Notes: generated from the letters alone by a model not told the origin. DNA of 64,000 nucleotides from an uncultured Verrucomicrobiae bacterium (GCA_963837955.1 CAWIPH010000002.1:608001-672000), one strand, 5' to 3'; positions 37,174-48,069 are shown, numbered from the stretch's first letter. Numbers and translations: made by a program.

Positions 37174-38631
37174 ATGAGTAGCGATTACGTAGCAACAATT
37201 GGACTGGAAGTTCACGTGCAACTAAAGACCAAGACAAAAATGTTTTGTGGTTGCGCTGTGGAGTATGGCGCGGAGCCGAACGTACACGTCTGCCCAGTTT
37301 GTCTTGGTCTTCCTGGTTCGCTACCAGTCATGAATCTTAAGGCGCTGAAAATGACGGCACTCACCGGCCTGATCTTTAAGTGCGATATCGCACCGATCTG
37401 TAAGTTCGATCGAAAGAATTATTTTTATCCGGATATGCCGAAGAATTATCAGATCTCTCAATATGATCTGCCGCTTTGCCAAAACGGAGAAGTGCCTCTG
37501 TCCGACTTGGCCTATCCGAAGGACGCTCAGAAGAATATCCGCAACCCGGATAAACGGGTTCGTTTGACGCGGATTCACTTGGAAGAAGACGTGGCTAAGA
37601 GCACTCACTTTGAGACTACGAGCGGTATCGATTTCAACCGAGCCGGAACACCACTCATGGAAATTGTCTCCGAGCCGGATATCGAATCGCCAGAGGAAGC
37701 TTTCGCTTATCTGACATCATTAAAGCAGGCCCTCATCTATGGGAGTGTGAGCGATGCCGACATGGAAAAAGGGCAGTTGCGGTGCGATTGCAACGTTTCG
37801 GTTCGCCCGCTTCAACAAGCGGAATATGGAGCCAAAATCGAATTGAAGAACCTCAACTCGATCAGTGGCGTCCGACGAGCGTTGGCTTTCGAAATCCAAC
37901 GTCAAATTGAAGTCTTATCGAAAGGTGAAAAACTGCGCCAAGAAACGCGCCGTTGGGACGATGATTTGGGCGAGACGATTTTGATGCGAACCAAAGAATC
38001 GGCTCACGATTACCGCTATTTCCCTGACCCTGATTTGCTACCGGTAAAAACGGAAGTTTTTATGCAAGAGGTTCGCGACGCATTACCGGAGCTACCGTGG
38101 GAAAAACGGGAGCGTTTTGTCCGGCAATATGGGATCAGCGGCTATGACGCCGGTGTTCTGGCGGACGATCTAGCTCTCTCTCGCTACTTTGAGTCAGCCG
38201 CGAAAGACGCAAAGAAACCGAAAGCAATTGCCAATTACGTCTTAAATGATTTGCTGAGTGCCTTAAGCGCTGCATCAAAATCGGTCGATGAATGCCCGAT
38301 ACCTCCGGCGCATCTCCAAGCTTTGGCCAACCTGGTCGAAGACGGAAAGATCAACAGCAAGCAAGCGAAAGAAGTATTCGCCGAAATGTTCACTTCCGGG
38401 AATGCTCCTGACGATATCGTGGAAGCGAAAGGGCTAAAACAGGAAAGTGATTTGGGAGCGATCGAGGCAATCTGCCAAGAGGTGATCCGGGCCAATCCAA
38501 AATCGGTCGAAGATTATCGGGCTGGAAAAGCTGCAGCGATCAATTTTCTGAAAGGCCAAGTCATGAAAGCCTCGAAAGGAAAGGCGAATCCTAACCTGGT
38601 GGGTGAGACACTCGAGCGACTTTTGAAGTGA
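37174..38631 (+). CDS. gatB: Asp/Glu-tRNA amidotransferase subunit B
   Basis: IGLEVHVQL, FDRKNYFYPD, HLEED, DYRYFPDPDL. Confidence 0.97.
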   Translation: MSSDYVATIGLEVHVQLKTKTKMFCGCAVEYGAEPNVHVCPVCLGLPGSLPVMNLKALKMTALTGLIFKCDIAPICKFDRKNYFYPDMPKNYQISQYDLPLCQNGEVPLSDLAYPKDAQKNIRNPDKRVRLTRIHLEEDVAKSTHFETTSGIDFNRAGTPLMEIVSEPDIESPEEAFAYLTSLKQALIYGSVSDADMEKGQLRCDCNVSVRPLQQAEYGAKIELKNLNSISGVRRALAFEIQRQIEVLSKGEKLRQETRRWDDDLGETILMRTKESAHDYRYFPDPDLLPVKTEVFMQEVRDALPELPWEKRERFVRQYGISGYDAGVLADDLALSRYFESAAKDAKKPKAIANYVLNDLLSALSAASKSVDECPIPPAHLQALANLVEDGKINSKQAKEVFAEMFTSGNAPDDIVEAKGLKQESDLGAIEAICQEVIRANPKSVEDYRAGKAAAINFLKGQVMKASKGKANPNLVGETLERLLK

Positions 38632-38686
38632 ACTGATCCCAAACACTCCGCCCTGACAGGCTGGGTTCCCCGCTCACTCTCCAGTC

Positions 38687-41347
38687 TCAGTGTTCATTTA
38701 CGGCCGCCTGAACGCGGCCATCCAATTTCTTCAGCACCCAATCATCCACGTCCGGAAGAAGATGGTCTTTCAGCTTGGCCCGAAAATGCAGTTGATCAGC
38801 CGCAGCTTTGGCCTTGCTCAGAGAGTTGGCTGATCCTCGACTTCGAGCTAGCTGGACGAATTCATCTGCGTACTCCGAGGCATTGAAGCCCTCGGCAATC
38901 CTCGGCAATAAATCCGACCAAAGTGAGTCGCCGCGTTGCGCATACAAATTGTCCAAATGAGCTTTGGTGAACCGCCAGGCGAGGTCGGCGTGCTCACCCG
39001 TCAAGGCAATCGCTGAAAACGCAGTGGTTGACTCTGCTGTCGATATCTCCTTGGTGAGAGTGAGGTCTAGTGTTTGCTTTGCTAACTCCGGATCGAGGGC
39101 GACCTCGAGCGCACGATAATAGTCTTGTTTCGCTTCCAGCAATGATGCTTGCTGCGCGAGCTGGCGTAACTCTTCATAAACTTCCGGAGAGCTATAGCGC
39201 CCCACTACCTGGGCGATAGCCCGGCGCAAGTCGGGTGAAAGGTCCGCTTGTCCTTTCCGAGATTCTTCAAATCGCCGGAATGCTTCATCGATGACAATCC
39301 GATCGCCGAATATACCGAGTGTCTGGATCAGATCGCTTCGGAGCAATTTAGTAGCCAATTCCTCGTCCGATTTTGAATCCCATCCGACCCTTTCAAAGAG
39401 TGGCCCGAGCAAAGTACAGACATATGCCTGATAAGCCGCCCGGCCGGTGGCTCCCCGTTCCAGCCGATCGATCATCGTAAGAGCCTGGATTACGTTATGC
39501 CAAACGCTGTAACTCGTTTCGGAGCGCAAACGATCCAACAATGCCAAGTAAGAAGTGATGGGGGTTCGATTCGACATTACCATCGCCCAAGTGTCGGAAA
39601 CAAAATCGACGCGCTCTTCCTCGCTCAAACGGTTCCAATCCCGGCCAAGTCGGCTCAGTAAATCGGGATCGTACCAAACGCGGTAAAAGCCGAAGCTATC
39701 GGCATTCGCATTGAGTGCTCCGTCACAACCTGGAAAGTCGAAGTTCTCGGTAATCTTCTCCAGCAGAGCATACCTCGGTCGATGTGGATCGGCGGTCGAG
39801 AGAATACCGATCGGAACGACCCAGGGTTGGGTAACACTACCATTCGGCTCAAATGAGAAACGGGACTGTTCCAAGGTCACTACCCTGTTCTTGTTCATGC
39901 ATTCGGCGGTCATCTTGATCAGGGGAAACCCCGGCTGCTCGATCCAGCTCGATGCCAGCTTGGTCACGGAGCGACTGCTACTCTTTTCCAATGCGTTCCA
40001 AAGGTTCGTGGCGTTCGCGTTCGAGAATTGATTCTCCTTCAAATAGAGACGAATACCGTCCCGGAATGCGTCGTCCCCGATGAATCCTTCGAGCATGCGA
40101 ATGAAATACTGCCCTTTCCAGTAGGTGATATCGTCGAAAGCATCGACTGCTTCGTCTTCGCCGTTGATCGCTTGTTGGATCGGATGAGTATTTTCCTGCG
40201 CGTCTTGGAACATCGCTCGTTCGCGATCTTCGCACGATCGCAGCCAGCCTCGCCATTGTGGGTACAAACGCTCCTCTGCCTTCCGCTCCATCCAAGTGGC
40301 GAAGCTTTCGCTTAGCCAAAGATTATCCCACCAGGCGATCGTCACGAGGTCGCCAAACCATTGGTGTGCAACTTCGTGAGCCACGACGGTGAAGGCCTGC
40401 TCTTGGGTTGCGCTTGAGCTGTTCCCAGGATCAAACAACAGCAGGTTTTCGTTATATACGATTGCTCCCCAGTTCTCCATCGCGCCTCCAAAATTTACGG
40501 GAAGCGCTATCTGATCGAGTTTCGGTAGCGGATAAGCGATTCCGAAATAGTCGTTGTAGTATTCCAGGAGCTTCTTCGTGCTCTCGAGAGCAAACTCGCC
40601 GAATTCTTTTTTCCCGGGCGTAGTGAGCACGCGAAGCCTGACCCCCGCCACCTGATCTTCCAACCATTCCAGTTTGCCGCAGACCAGGGACACGAGATAG
40701 CTGGCCATCGGTGGGGTCCGCCCAAAAATGACAATCTTTTGGTCATTCCCGAACGCCTGTTCCGCTACGGCCGGCATGTTGGAGACGGCGATGTTCTTTT
40801 TCAGGGTCTTTATGGACAGCTGAAACGTTGCTCGGAATGAGGGCTCGTCCCAGCAGGGAAATACCCGACGCGCGTCTGCCGGCTCAAACTGTGTGGCCAA
40901 CAAGGACTCCGGTTTGCCGCGGAGGTCGTACGACTGAGCGAACAAACCGCGCGAACCATTGCTGATCTTGCTGCGAAATGAGAAGGAGAGTGTATAGCTG
41001 CCCGGTTGAAGAGGCACCGACGTAATGAACTTGACTACCTGGTTGGCGGCGTCGAATTGCGGTTTCAACTCCTCGCGTGAAGATCCATGCGCAAGCGAGG
41101 CATTCCAGATCTCGGTCTCGACAGCGTTCAAAACGATCTGGCTGGAGGGTTTTAGTACCTCTATCTCCACCCCTTCCGCCCCCTCCGTCGTCATCTGTTC
41201 AACGTCAGGCTCCAGATGAATGACATAATGCCGAGGCACCAGGGTCTTCGGAAGTTTTCCAGGCGCATTTTCGAAGATGAATTTCTCTTGCGCGCGGGCT
41301 CCGAACGTCACCAATGCCAGCAAGAGGAGGGTGGACGAAGCTCGCAT
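38687..41347 (-). CDS. Secreted M1-family aminopeptidase with ERAP1-like C-terminal domain
   Basis: Signal peptide; TQFEPADAR, GAMEN, HEVAH..E, ITYWKG. Confidence 0.92.
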   Translation of the reverse strand: MRASSTLLLLALVTFGARAQEKFIFENAPGKLPKTLVPRHYVIHLEPDVEQMTTEGAEGVEIEVLKPSSQIVLNAVETEIWNASLAHGSSREELKPQFDAANQVVKFITSVPLQPGSYTLSFSFRSKISNGSRGLFAQSYDLRGKPESLLATQFEPADARRVFPCWDEPSFRATFQLSIKTLKKNIAVSNMPAVAEQAFGNDQKIVIFGRTPPMASYLVSLVCGKLEWLEDQVAGVRLRVLTTPGKKEFGEFALESTKKLLEYYNDYFGIAYPLPKLDQIALPVNFGGAMENWGAIVYNENLLLFDPGNSSSATQEQAFTVVAHEVAHQWFGDLVTIAWWDNLWLSESFATWMERKAEERLYPQWRGWLRSCEDRERAMFQDAQENTHPIQQAINGEDEAVDAFDDITYWKGQYFIRMLEGFIGDDAFRDGIRLYLKENQFSNANATNLWNALEKSSSRSVTKLASSWIEQPGFPLIKMTAECMNKNRVVTLEQSRFSFEPNGSVTQPWVVPIGILSTADPHRPRYALLEKITENFDFPGCDGALNANADSFGFYRVWYDPDLLSRLGRDWNRLSEEERVDFVSDTWAMVMSNRTPITSYLALLDRLRSETSYSVWHNVIQALTMIDRLERGATGRAAYQAYVCTLLGPLFERVGWDSKSDEELATKLLRSDLIQTLGIFGDRIVIDEAFRRFEESRKGQADLSPDLRRAIAQVVGRYSSPEVYEELRQLAQQASLLEAKQDYYRALEVALDPELAKQTLDLTLTKEISTAESTTAFSAIALTGEHADLAWRFTKAHLDNLYAQRGDSLWSDLLPRIAEGFNASEYADEFVQLARSRGSANSLSKAKAAADQLHFRAKLKDHLLPDVDDWVLKKLDGRVQAAVNEH

Positions 41348-41420
41348 TAGAAAATGTTGGGGGGGTCGCCCGGAAAAATTAGAGGCAACCAGCTCCCTGA
41401 AGCAACGCAATTCTCTGTGC

Positions 41421-41861
41421 TTAGACACGATGGTATGGCGCGCCACTGAGAATCGAGTAAGCGCGATAGACTTGTTCCAGAGCGAGCATGAGCGTCAGCT
41501 CGTGTTGCAAAGTCAACCGGCTTAACGCCCAGAGCCAGTCAGCCTCCAACCGGATCTGTTCAGAGTGACCCTCTGCGCCACCCACGATGAGCGAGATTCT
41601 TCGGGTTGCGCGAAGTTGGTGTTCTGAAAGAAACTCAGCCAACTCTGCACTCGAGCTTTGCACGCCTCGTTCATCGAGAACGATTCGAAAACTCTGTTGG
41701 CTCTCTTCGAGGATCCGAGCTGTCAGAGCTTGGGGCTTCGCCGAACTCAGGAAGCGCAACTCGCAAGGAGCGAAACGGCGAACCCGAATGAGATATTCCT
41801 GAATCCCTTCTGCGGCAAACCGAAGCTTTGGCTTGCCGACCGCTATGACTTTCCAAGTCAC
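41421..41861 (-). CDS. rlmH: 23S rRNA pseudouridine-1915 N3-methyltransferase
   Basis: LDERG, VGGAEG, LSRLTLQHE, EQVYRA, GAPYHR. Confidence 0.94.
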   Translation of the reverse strand: MTWKVIAVGKPKLRFAAEGIQEYLIRVRRFAPCELRFLSSAKPQALTARILEESQQSFRIVLDERGVQSSSAELAEFLSEHQLRATRRISLIVGGAEGHSEQIRLEADWLWALSRLTLQHELTLMLALEQVYRAYSILSGAPYHRV

Positions 41862-42964
41862 GTTGTCGCAGGTTGCGTCTGGAGCCAGTCTCGATACGCC
41901 CAGGGAGAAATCTCGGACGGCTTAATCTCCGAGCGTCCGCCCCAGAATACATTCGTATAGGCCACGGGTATTCCGCACTGCTTCAGATGGCTGTCGATCG
42001 CTGCCTTATGTGCCAGGAGCCACTCTTTGTCTGTGCCATGGGCCACAGCCATGATGTTCACATTGCCAAATTCGGGGCCGCCTTCCCGCCAGTAACAATG
42101 GGTTAGGACCTCGTGGCGGCCCACTTCGGACCCAGCTTGAATTTCCCGGCCGGGCGGTACGGCCCAATGAAAAAGCGCGTTGAAACGGGTAACGCGAATA
42201 CCAGCGACCGACGGTTTTACATGCTCAAGAAAGGTTGAAAAACGGCCGATGATTTTCCGCTCATTTAAGCCCTCCGCAATCTCGAAAAATGTTGTAAGCG
42301 GTAAGTCGCATTCGGCAGCGCGGCCGGCCCAAGGATTGGGGTGAATTTCGGTGACTGCAAACTCTCGTTTCAAGGCAACTAATACGCGCCACTCGATTTC
42401 ACTGAGCGCAACAATCTCAGTGCTTATCATCTGGGCCGGCATTTCGGATCGCGCGCCCGGCTCCAAAACTTTTCGGCGCACGTGTCCGACCCCGAGCGCA
42501 AATATACCTTTTGCAGGCATCAGCTTCACTTTTTCGGCGCCGACCGTTTGAGCCAAAATTCTGGCATGCTCTCCCAGGGAGTAGCCTTGGGGCACTTTGA
42601 TTGTTGTCCAAAGCCGATACTCACTGCCGGAGGTATTTTGGTCGGTCGAACGAAGCACGACATGACCCGAAAAAGGATCGCGTCTGTACATCAAATCAAA
42701 GGCGGCATCCAGTCTGTTTGGATCGACCTTCCAGGCGACGAGAGCCCCCTGGGCCAGGCTTGTCGCCAAAAGTGTCTGTCGAACCCGCCGAATCGTACCG
42801 GCTTCCAACATGGAACGTATCCTGGCGATGACCAACTCCTCTTCGACTCCGGACAGTTTGGCGATTTCTCGAAACGGTTCTCGGACAAATCCTGAGATTT
42901 TATCCTCAGAATAGGCAAGAATCCTGGCGTTAATTTCGTCGGTATGCTCGGACGTGGTCTTCAT
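41858..42964 (-). CDS. Fused AhbA/AhbB (NirDL-like, Lrp/AsnC fold) siroheme decarboxylase
   Basis: Two HTH plus Lrp-like halves with GHVVLR and THCYWR (HxYxR) motifs. Confidence 0.75.
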   Translation of the reverse strand: MKTTSEHTDEINARILAYSEDKISGFVREPFREIAKLSGVEEELVIARIRSMLEAGTIRRVRQTLLATSLAQGALVAWKVDPNRLDAAFDLMYRRDPFSGHVVLRSTDQNTSGSEYRLWTTIKVPQGYSLGEHARILAQTVGAEKVKLMPAKGIFALGVGHVRRKVLEPGARSEMPAQMISTEIVALSEIEWRVLVALKREFAVTEIHPNPWAGRAAECDLPLTTFFEIAEGLNERKIIGRFSTFLEHVKPSVAGIRVTRFNALFHWAVPPGREIQAGSEVGRHEVLTHCYWREGGPEFGNVNIMAVAHGTDKEWLLAHKAAIDSHLKQCGIPVAYTNVFWGGRSEIKPSEISPWAYRDWLQTQPATT

Positions 42965-43043
42965 GGACGCCCGTCATCATATCATACTATCTAGAAGGGG
43001 CGAATAACGCCGAAGGAGGCGCCAAAAGCGCGCGGGTAAGCAC

Positions 43044-43205
43044 GTAGCCTGATGCTCTAGCCTCAGGGACAGTACGGGTAACTGGTGATCAGAGAAAGGA
43101 ACGGCAATTGGGTGGTGAGAGATTTCTGGCGGGATTTCCCGATAGGCGTTTCACCGATCACTTCTCACACGCCATACCCACCCTGAGGCTGGAGCGTCAG
43201 GCTAC
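43044..43205. repeat. Inverted GTAG-REP doublet (second family)
   Basis: gtagcctgatgctctagcctcaggg (43044-43068) versus the inverted ccctgaggctggagcgtcaggctac (43181-43205), 23/25 identical. Confidence 0.85.
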
Positions 43206-43212
43206 TGGTGCG

Positions 43213-43584
<372 letters not shown>

Positions 43585-43786
43585 TCAAAAGTCGTAGATG
43601 CGCCGCTTAACATTCTCCATACGGCGCAACCCCGACAGTCAAGCATGGCGATACTCGATAAGTAATTAGAAGTTTGCGCTATTTTCGGTAGACAAATGGG
43701 TAACTACTCATCCGACAAACGACAGAGCGCCATTAGCATGTGAGCTGAATCATAGCAACCGTCGAACAGATATCCATAGGTGCTTT

Positions 43787-43802
43787 AGCATGGTGCGTGC
43801 CA
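43787..43802 (-). promoter_or_regulatory. Sigma-54 promoter upstream of glnB
   Basis: Minus strand reads TGGCAC-GCACC-ATGCT (GG-N10-GC), pointing toward glnB. Confidence 0.7.
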
Positions 43803-44041
43803 CGGGGCGATTCGGTGGCCGAGCATGTCCTACGCTCGCCTCTTTCCTAGCCGTGCATGGCGGAGGGAGCCCAATTTCTTTTCTGGAAGCTAATGGGGAA
43901 GGGGGACCTGAAGTATAAGATCGCGCAGAATGTACAAAATTTGCCAGACGATATCAGATCCTCGAAAGATGCTCGGACCGAGATTTGACCGATACGCAAA
44001 ATGAGTCTAATAAAGTCGGCTCGCGGTGGAAAATCTCCTAG

Positions 44042-44116
44042 GCACGGTTAGCTTAGCGGTAGAGCGACTGGTTTACACCCAGTAGGTCGGGGGTTCGATT
44101 CCCTCACCGTGCACCA
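44042..44116 (+). tRNA. tRNA-Val (anticodon TAC)
   Basis: Acceptor stem GCACGGT/ACCGTGC, anticodon arm ACTGG-TTTACAC-CCAGT, T-loop TTCGATT, encoded CCA. Confidence 0.96.
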
Positions 44117-44283
44117 GATTACGCCCTCGCAGACTCGCCAGGGTTCGTCGGGCACGGCATGTTCGCTCGGGAGGTGAGAAAGCTGTGTGAGAATCGCCCT
44201 ATCAACTCGGCTGATAGCCAATCAGGTTATCCGATTACTTCCTCAGAGCGAATAGGACCAGAGTGTTATCAGAAAGGTTCCTT

Positions 44284-44898
44284 ATGAGATTAATTATTAT
44301 TGGGCTCTCAGTGCTGGCCTGCGCGAGCCAAGTTAGGGCTCAAACGCAAATTCAAGTCCGACCGATCACTGTCCAAAGAAGCGTGGCGCCGGTGACTGCT
44401 AGAGTAAATCCCGTGGTTATCCCGAGGAGCGTGACGGCCGTTAATCCGGTAGTTCACAACGTGTCTCCGGTTAGACCGCTTAATTTGCAACGGCCGATGA
44501 CGGTTCACCCGCAACGACTCAATCCCGCGCAATCGAAGGCGATTGATAATGCCGTGCGGAACAACAACTACAATCTGTATCGCAACTACCAGCGGTACTT
44601 TACTCCAAATCAACCCGTAGAAAATCAGGCCGATCACATTGCGCGTTTGCAGGGTATCATTCAGTCCGGAACGCAACCAATTTCGATTCAGCCGGGAGCT
44701 GGTCTGGGTTATACCAGCGGGACAGTACAGCAGGTGCAAACTGCGCTGCGACAGCTTGGCTATTACCATGGTCAAGTGGACGGGCAATTCGGTTCCGGCA
44801 CACAGGAGGCTTTGCAGAATTATCAGCTCAAAGCCAATCAGCCTGCCACTGGTCTTTTGGATCGGCAGACCCTGAGCCAGCTAGGGGTTGTGAGGTGA
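44284..44898 (+). CDS. Secreted protein with C-terminal peptidoglycan-binding (PG_binding_1) domain
   Basis: Signal peptide, low-complexity V/P/N region, VQTALRQLGYYHGQVDGQFGSGTQEALQNYQ...TGLLD. Confidence 0.85.
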   Translation: MRLIIIGLSVLACASQVRAQTQIQVRPITVQRSVAPVTARVNPVVIPRSVTAVNPVVHNVSPVRPLNLQRPMTVHPQRLNPAQSKAIDNAVRNNNYNLYRNYQRYFTPNQPVENQADHIARLQGIIQSGTQPISIQPGAGLGYTSGTVQQVQTALRQLGYYHGQVDGQFGSGTQEALQNYQLKANQPATGLLDRQTLSQLGVVR

Positions 44899-44971
44899 AA
44901 CGGTCGGCGCAATTGCTCTGATGATGGTGGAGGGGCGCTGTGTATGCCCGTCGGTGTTAAGGTGGCCAAGG

Positions 44972-45928
44972 CTATGGCGGGACGAGCCGAGCGTTGGGCA
45001 CCGACTGGCAAATGGCGCGAGCTGACTCAGCGTCCTTCGTGATCTGCGCTTGCAGCTCTGATAGGTTCGAAAACTTCTTTTCGGGGCGAAGGTATTTCAG
45101 AAATCGAAGCTCTACATCCTCGCCGTAGATTTGGCGATCGAAGTCAAAGAGGTAGACTTCTAGTAACCGCTCGCCACCGCCTTCTTGGATCGTTGGCCTG
45201 AAGCCGATGTTGGCTACCGCTCCGTGCTCCGCCCCGCGATACAACGCCGTAACTGCGTAGACCCCGTTTGGGGGGAATTGCTCATTGTGCGCCCGCAGGT
45301 TTGCTGTTGGATATCCCAGTTTTCGGCCGAGATGATTGCCCTCTACCACTGTGCCTAGGACCGTGAACGGTCTGCCGAGCAATCGTTCAGCCAAAGAGAA
45401 ATCGCCCTGTTCGACCGCTTCGCGAATTCGGGTGCTGCTTACGATTTGGCCATCGACCGCAAACGGAGGAATGTCTTGCAATTGAAATTTGTAGGTTTCG
45501 GCGAGGACTCGAAGCAGGGATACTTTACCGCTGCGATTTGCCCCAAAACTCCAGCCTTCGCCCACGCAAATGGTTTTCAGCTGATTGGAGCTTTGGACGA
45601 GCCGCTGGACAAACTCCGCTGGCTCAGTTCGGGCAAACGCAAGTGAGAATTCTTGAATGAGAAAAGCGTCGACGCCAAGTCGCTCAACAAGCTGTTGTTT
45701 ATGCTGCGTCGAAGTAAGCAATCGCGGAGCATTGTCCGGCCGGAGCACTTGCACGGGGTGAGGGTGAAAGGTTAGGACGACTGAGTTGCCGCCGGAAGTC
45801 CGAGCCGCTTCGACGGATTGTCGGATCACTGCTTGATGACCCAAGTGAATCCCATCAAATACTCCGATCGCTAAGTGGGTTGGTCCGTCGATTTCCCCGA
45901 GTTCTTCGATGGAATGGAAAACCTTCAT
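44972..45928 (-). CDS. ribF: Bifunctional riboflavin kinase/FAD synthetase
   Basis: GVFDGIHLGH, VSSTRIR, GRKLGYPTAN, LRPEKKF. Confidence 0.96.
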   Translation of the reverse strand: MKVFHSIEELGEIDGPTHLAIGVFDGIHLGHQAVIRQSVEAARTSGGNSVVLTFHPHPVQVLRPDNAPRLLTSTQHKQQLVERLGVDAFLIQEFSLAFARTEPAEFVQRLVQSSNQLKTICVGEGWSFGANRSGKVSLLRVLAETYKFQLQDIPPFAVDGQIVSSTRIREAVEQGDFSLAERLLGRPFTVLGTVVEGNHLGRKLGYPTANLRAHNEQFPPNGVYAVTALYRGAEHGAVANIGFRPTIQEGGGERLLEVYLFDFDRQIYGEDVELRFLKYLRPEKKFSNLSELQAQITKDAESARAICQSVPNARLVPP

Positions 45929-45956
45929 TTGAGAGTGGATTTGCGAAAGATCCTTC

Positions 45957-46679
45957 TCAGGCTCCGCGCATCCGTGAAACGTCTGGCAACGAAATGATCT
46001 TGCGGGTGAGGATCTCGGGCGTCGAAGCATCCAGTTCTTCTATCGTCAACGACCCTTCGACCGCAAATCGGCCCGACTTCGTTCGGCGAAGGGCAGCCAA
46101 ATGAGCGCCGCACCCGAGTTCCAGCCCAATTTCGTGCGCGTAGGTGCGCACATAAAAGCCCTTGCTGCAAATGACGCGGAAATCGATCTCCGGCAAACGA
46201 ATCGCTCGAATCTCGTGCGCGTAGACGTGCACGAAGCGCGCCTCTCGGTCGACGACCTTACCCTGCCTGGCTAGTTTATAGAGCGGAACACCATCTTTCT
46301 TGATTGCCGAAACCATGGGAGGGGTTTGATAGAAATCGCCGTGAAATTTCTGAAACGCCGCCTCCACCTTGCTCGTCTCGATGCACTCGACCGGGCGTTT
46401 CTCGGTAATTTGGCCGTCACAGTCTTGCGAGTCGGTGATTTCTCCGAGCTTCATGGTTCCCACGTACTCCTTATCCTCGCTCATTAGTAGGTCTTGAATC
46501 TTGGTCGCCTTTCCGACAACGACCAGCAACAGTCCTGTAGCCAGAGGATCGAGGGTTCCGCAGTGGCCGACTTTTTGCGCACCTAACCGCCTACGGACGA
46601 GCGCCACCACATCATGGCTTGTGATACCGCTGGCTTTGTCCACCAAAAGCAATCCGTCAATGCAGTTTTGCAATTTCAT
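45957..46679 (-). CDS. truB: tRNA pseudouridine-55 synthase
   Basis: KVGHCGTLDPLATG, PPMVSAIK, CSKGFYVR. Confidence 0.96.
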   Translation of the reverse strand: MKLQNCIDGLLLVDKASGITSHDVVALVRRRLGAQKVGHCGTLDPLATGLLLVVVGKATKIQDLLMSEDKEYVGTMKLGEITDSQDCDGQITEKRPVECIETSKVEAAFQKFHGDFYQTPPMVSAIKKDGVPLYKLARQGKVVDREARFVHVYAHEIRAIRLPEIDFRVICSKGFYVRTYAHEIGLELGCGAHLAALRRTKSGRFAVEGSLTIEELDASTPEILTRKIISLPDVSRMRGA

Positions 46680-47634
46680 TACTCACCCGGTTTGCCACGA
46701 TCTTTTCGACCTCGTCCAAGGTTCCGCGAATTCGTGCGCCGGCGGCGAGCTGATGCCCACCTCCGCCGAATTCACCGCAGATCTTATTCACGTCGATCTT
46801 GGGGTCTTTGGAGCGCACGCTAATCCGCACGCGGTTGTCCGGCAGTTCCTCAAACAAAATCGCTACTACGATCGTATCGATGCCGCGAACAACCTCGATC
46901 AATCCGTCGGTGTCATCTGGTTGAATCCGAAGCTGCTGTTTCTTTTCCAAGGTTAACGCCATTGTTCCGATTTGGTCGTTGGCGTAAAAATGGGTGTTCT
47001 GCAAAAGCTCACGCAGGAGGAGCACACGCCTCTTTGGCTGACTTTCATACAGACTGTGGGAGACACGCGCTACATCGACGCCTTGCCGCACCAGCTCTGC
47101 GACCACCTCAAACGTGTGGGCGGATGTATTCCGGTAGCGAAACGAGCCAGTATCCGTTGAGATAGCTACAAACAGTGCTTCCGCGATATCGAGCGTCAAT
47201 GGATATCCCCGATCCTGAATCAATTCGAAAATGATTTGACCCGTTGCGGGAGCGGTTACGTCCAAATAATTTAAGTCCCCGTAGCTCGGATTGCTCGCGT
47301 GATGGTCAATGTTGATCCAACAGTCTGCCTGCGCGATCGCTCGCAGAGGAGTCCCTAATCGGTCTCGGCTCGCTGTGTCCAAAGCGATCACGAGGTCGAA
47401 AGTTCTGGCGTCAGTTGGCGGAACAACCACCAGTTCGGATTTCTTCAAGAAGTTAAACGCTTCGGGCAGTCCATCTTCATTCCAGACATCAACCGTTTTA
47501 CCGATGGCGGATAGAGCCAGCGCGAGCGCAAGCTGGGAACCAATGGCATCTCCATCGGGCCGAACGTGGCTCAGGATAGCGATGGTGCGAGATTCTTGGA
47601 TCTTCTCGGCGATTGCAGCGAATCCCTCGTTCAT
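46657..47634 (-). CDS. DHH/DHHA1 phosphoesterase (NrnA-like)
   Basis: HVRPDGDAIGS, IDHH, TDTGSF, GGGHQLAAG. Confidence 0.93.
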   Translation of the reverse strand: MNEGFAAIAEKIQESRTIAILSHVRPDGDAIGSQLALALALSAIGKTVDVWNEDGLPEAFNFLKKSELVVVPPTDARTFDLVIALDTASRDRLGTPLRAIAQADCWINIDHHASNPSYGDLNYLDVTAPATGQIIFELIQDRGYPLTLDIAEALFVAISTDTGSFRYRNTSAHTFEVVAELVRQGVDVARVSHSLYESQPKRRVLLLRELLQNTHFYANDQIGTMALTLEKKQQLRIQPDDTDGLIEVVRGIDTIVVAILFEELPDNRVRISVRSKDPKIDVNKICGEFGGGGHQLAAGARIRGTLDEVEKIVANRVSNEIAKLH

Positions 47635-47984
47635 TGGCTCGCGGGCGGTTCATCCAAATCTTGGATGATCTTCAGAACGCGACTTCCCCGTTCAATCGAA
47701 TCGTCTAATTTGAAGTACAAGTGTGGGGTATATTTCAAAACAACTCGCTTGGAAAGCTCGCGTTGCATGATGGTGCGATGATCCTCTAATTGTTCCAGCA
47801 CGCGAATCTTCTGTGCTTCCTGGCCGATTACACTAACGAAAACGTGACATTGGCGGAGATCAGGAGTGATCTCGACTGCGGGAATCGTTACCAGAACCTG
47901 CGCGTCGAAGCTGATCTCCCGCGAAACGATTTCACTCAGCTCCCTTTTGAGCACCTCATTGACCCGCTCCAATCGATGTTTCAT
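47631..47984 (-). CDS. rbfA: Ribosome-binding factor A
   Basis: RLERVNEVLKRELS, TPDL, KYTPHLYFKLDDS; follows infB. Confidence 0.95.
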   Translation of the reverse strand: MKHRLERVNEVLKRELSEIVSREISFDAQVLVTIPAVEITPDLRQCHVFVSVIGQEAQKIRVLEQLEDHRTIMQRELSKRVVLKYTPHLYFKLDDSIERGSRVLKIIQDLDEPPASQ

Positions 47985-48069
47985 AGAACCAGCGTTGTTT
48001 TGCCGGCTGTTCCGGAACGCAAGCCAACGTTGCTATTCGAACCGGAAAGCTCCGCTGCGCGAAAAGACC

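Noticed and set aside
44042..44900. tRNA-Val as an integration site
   Set aside because: No integrase is present, and I saw no duplicated tRNA 3' end in the window.
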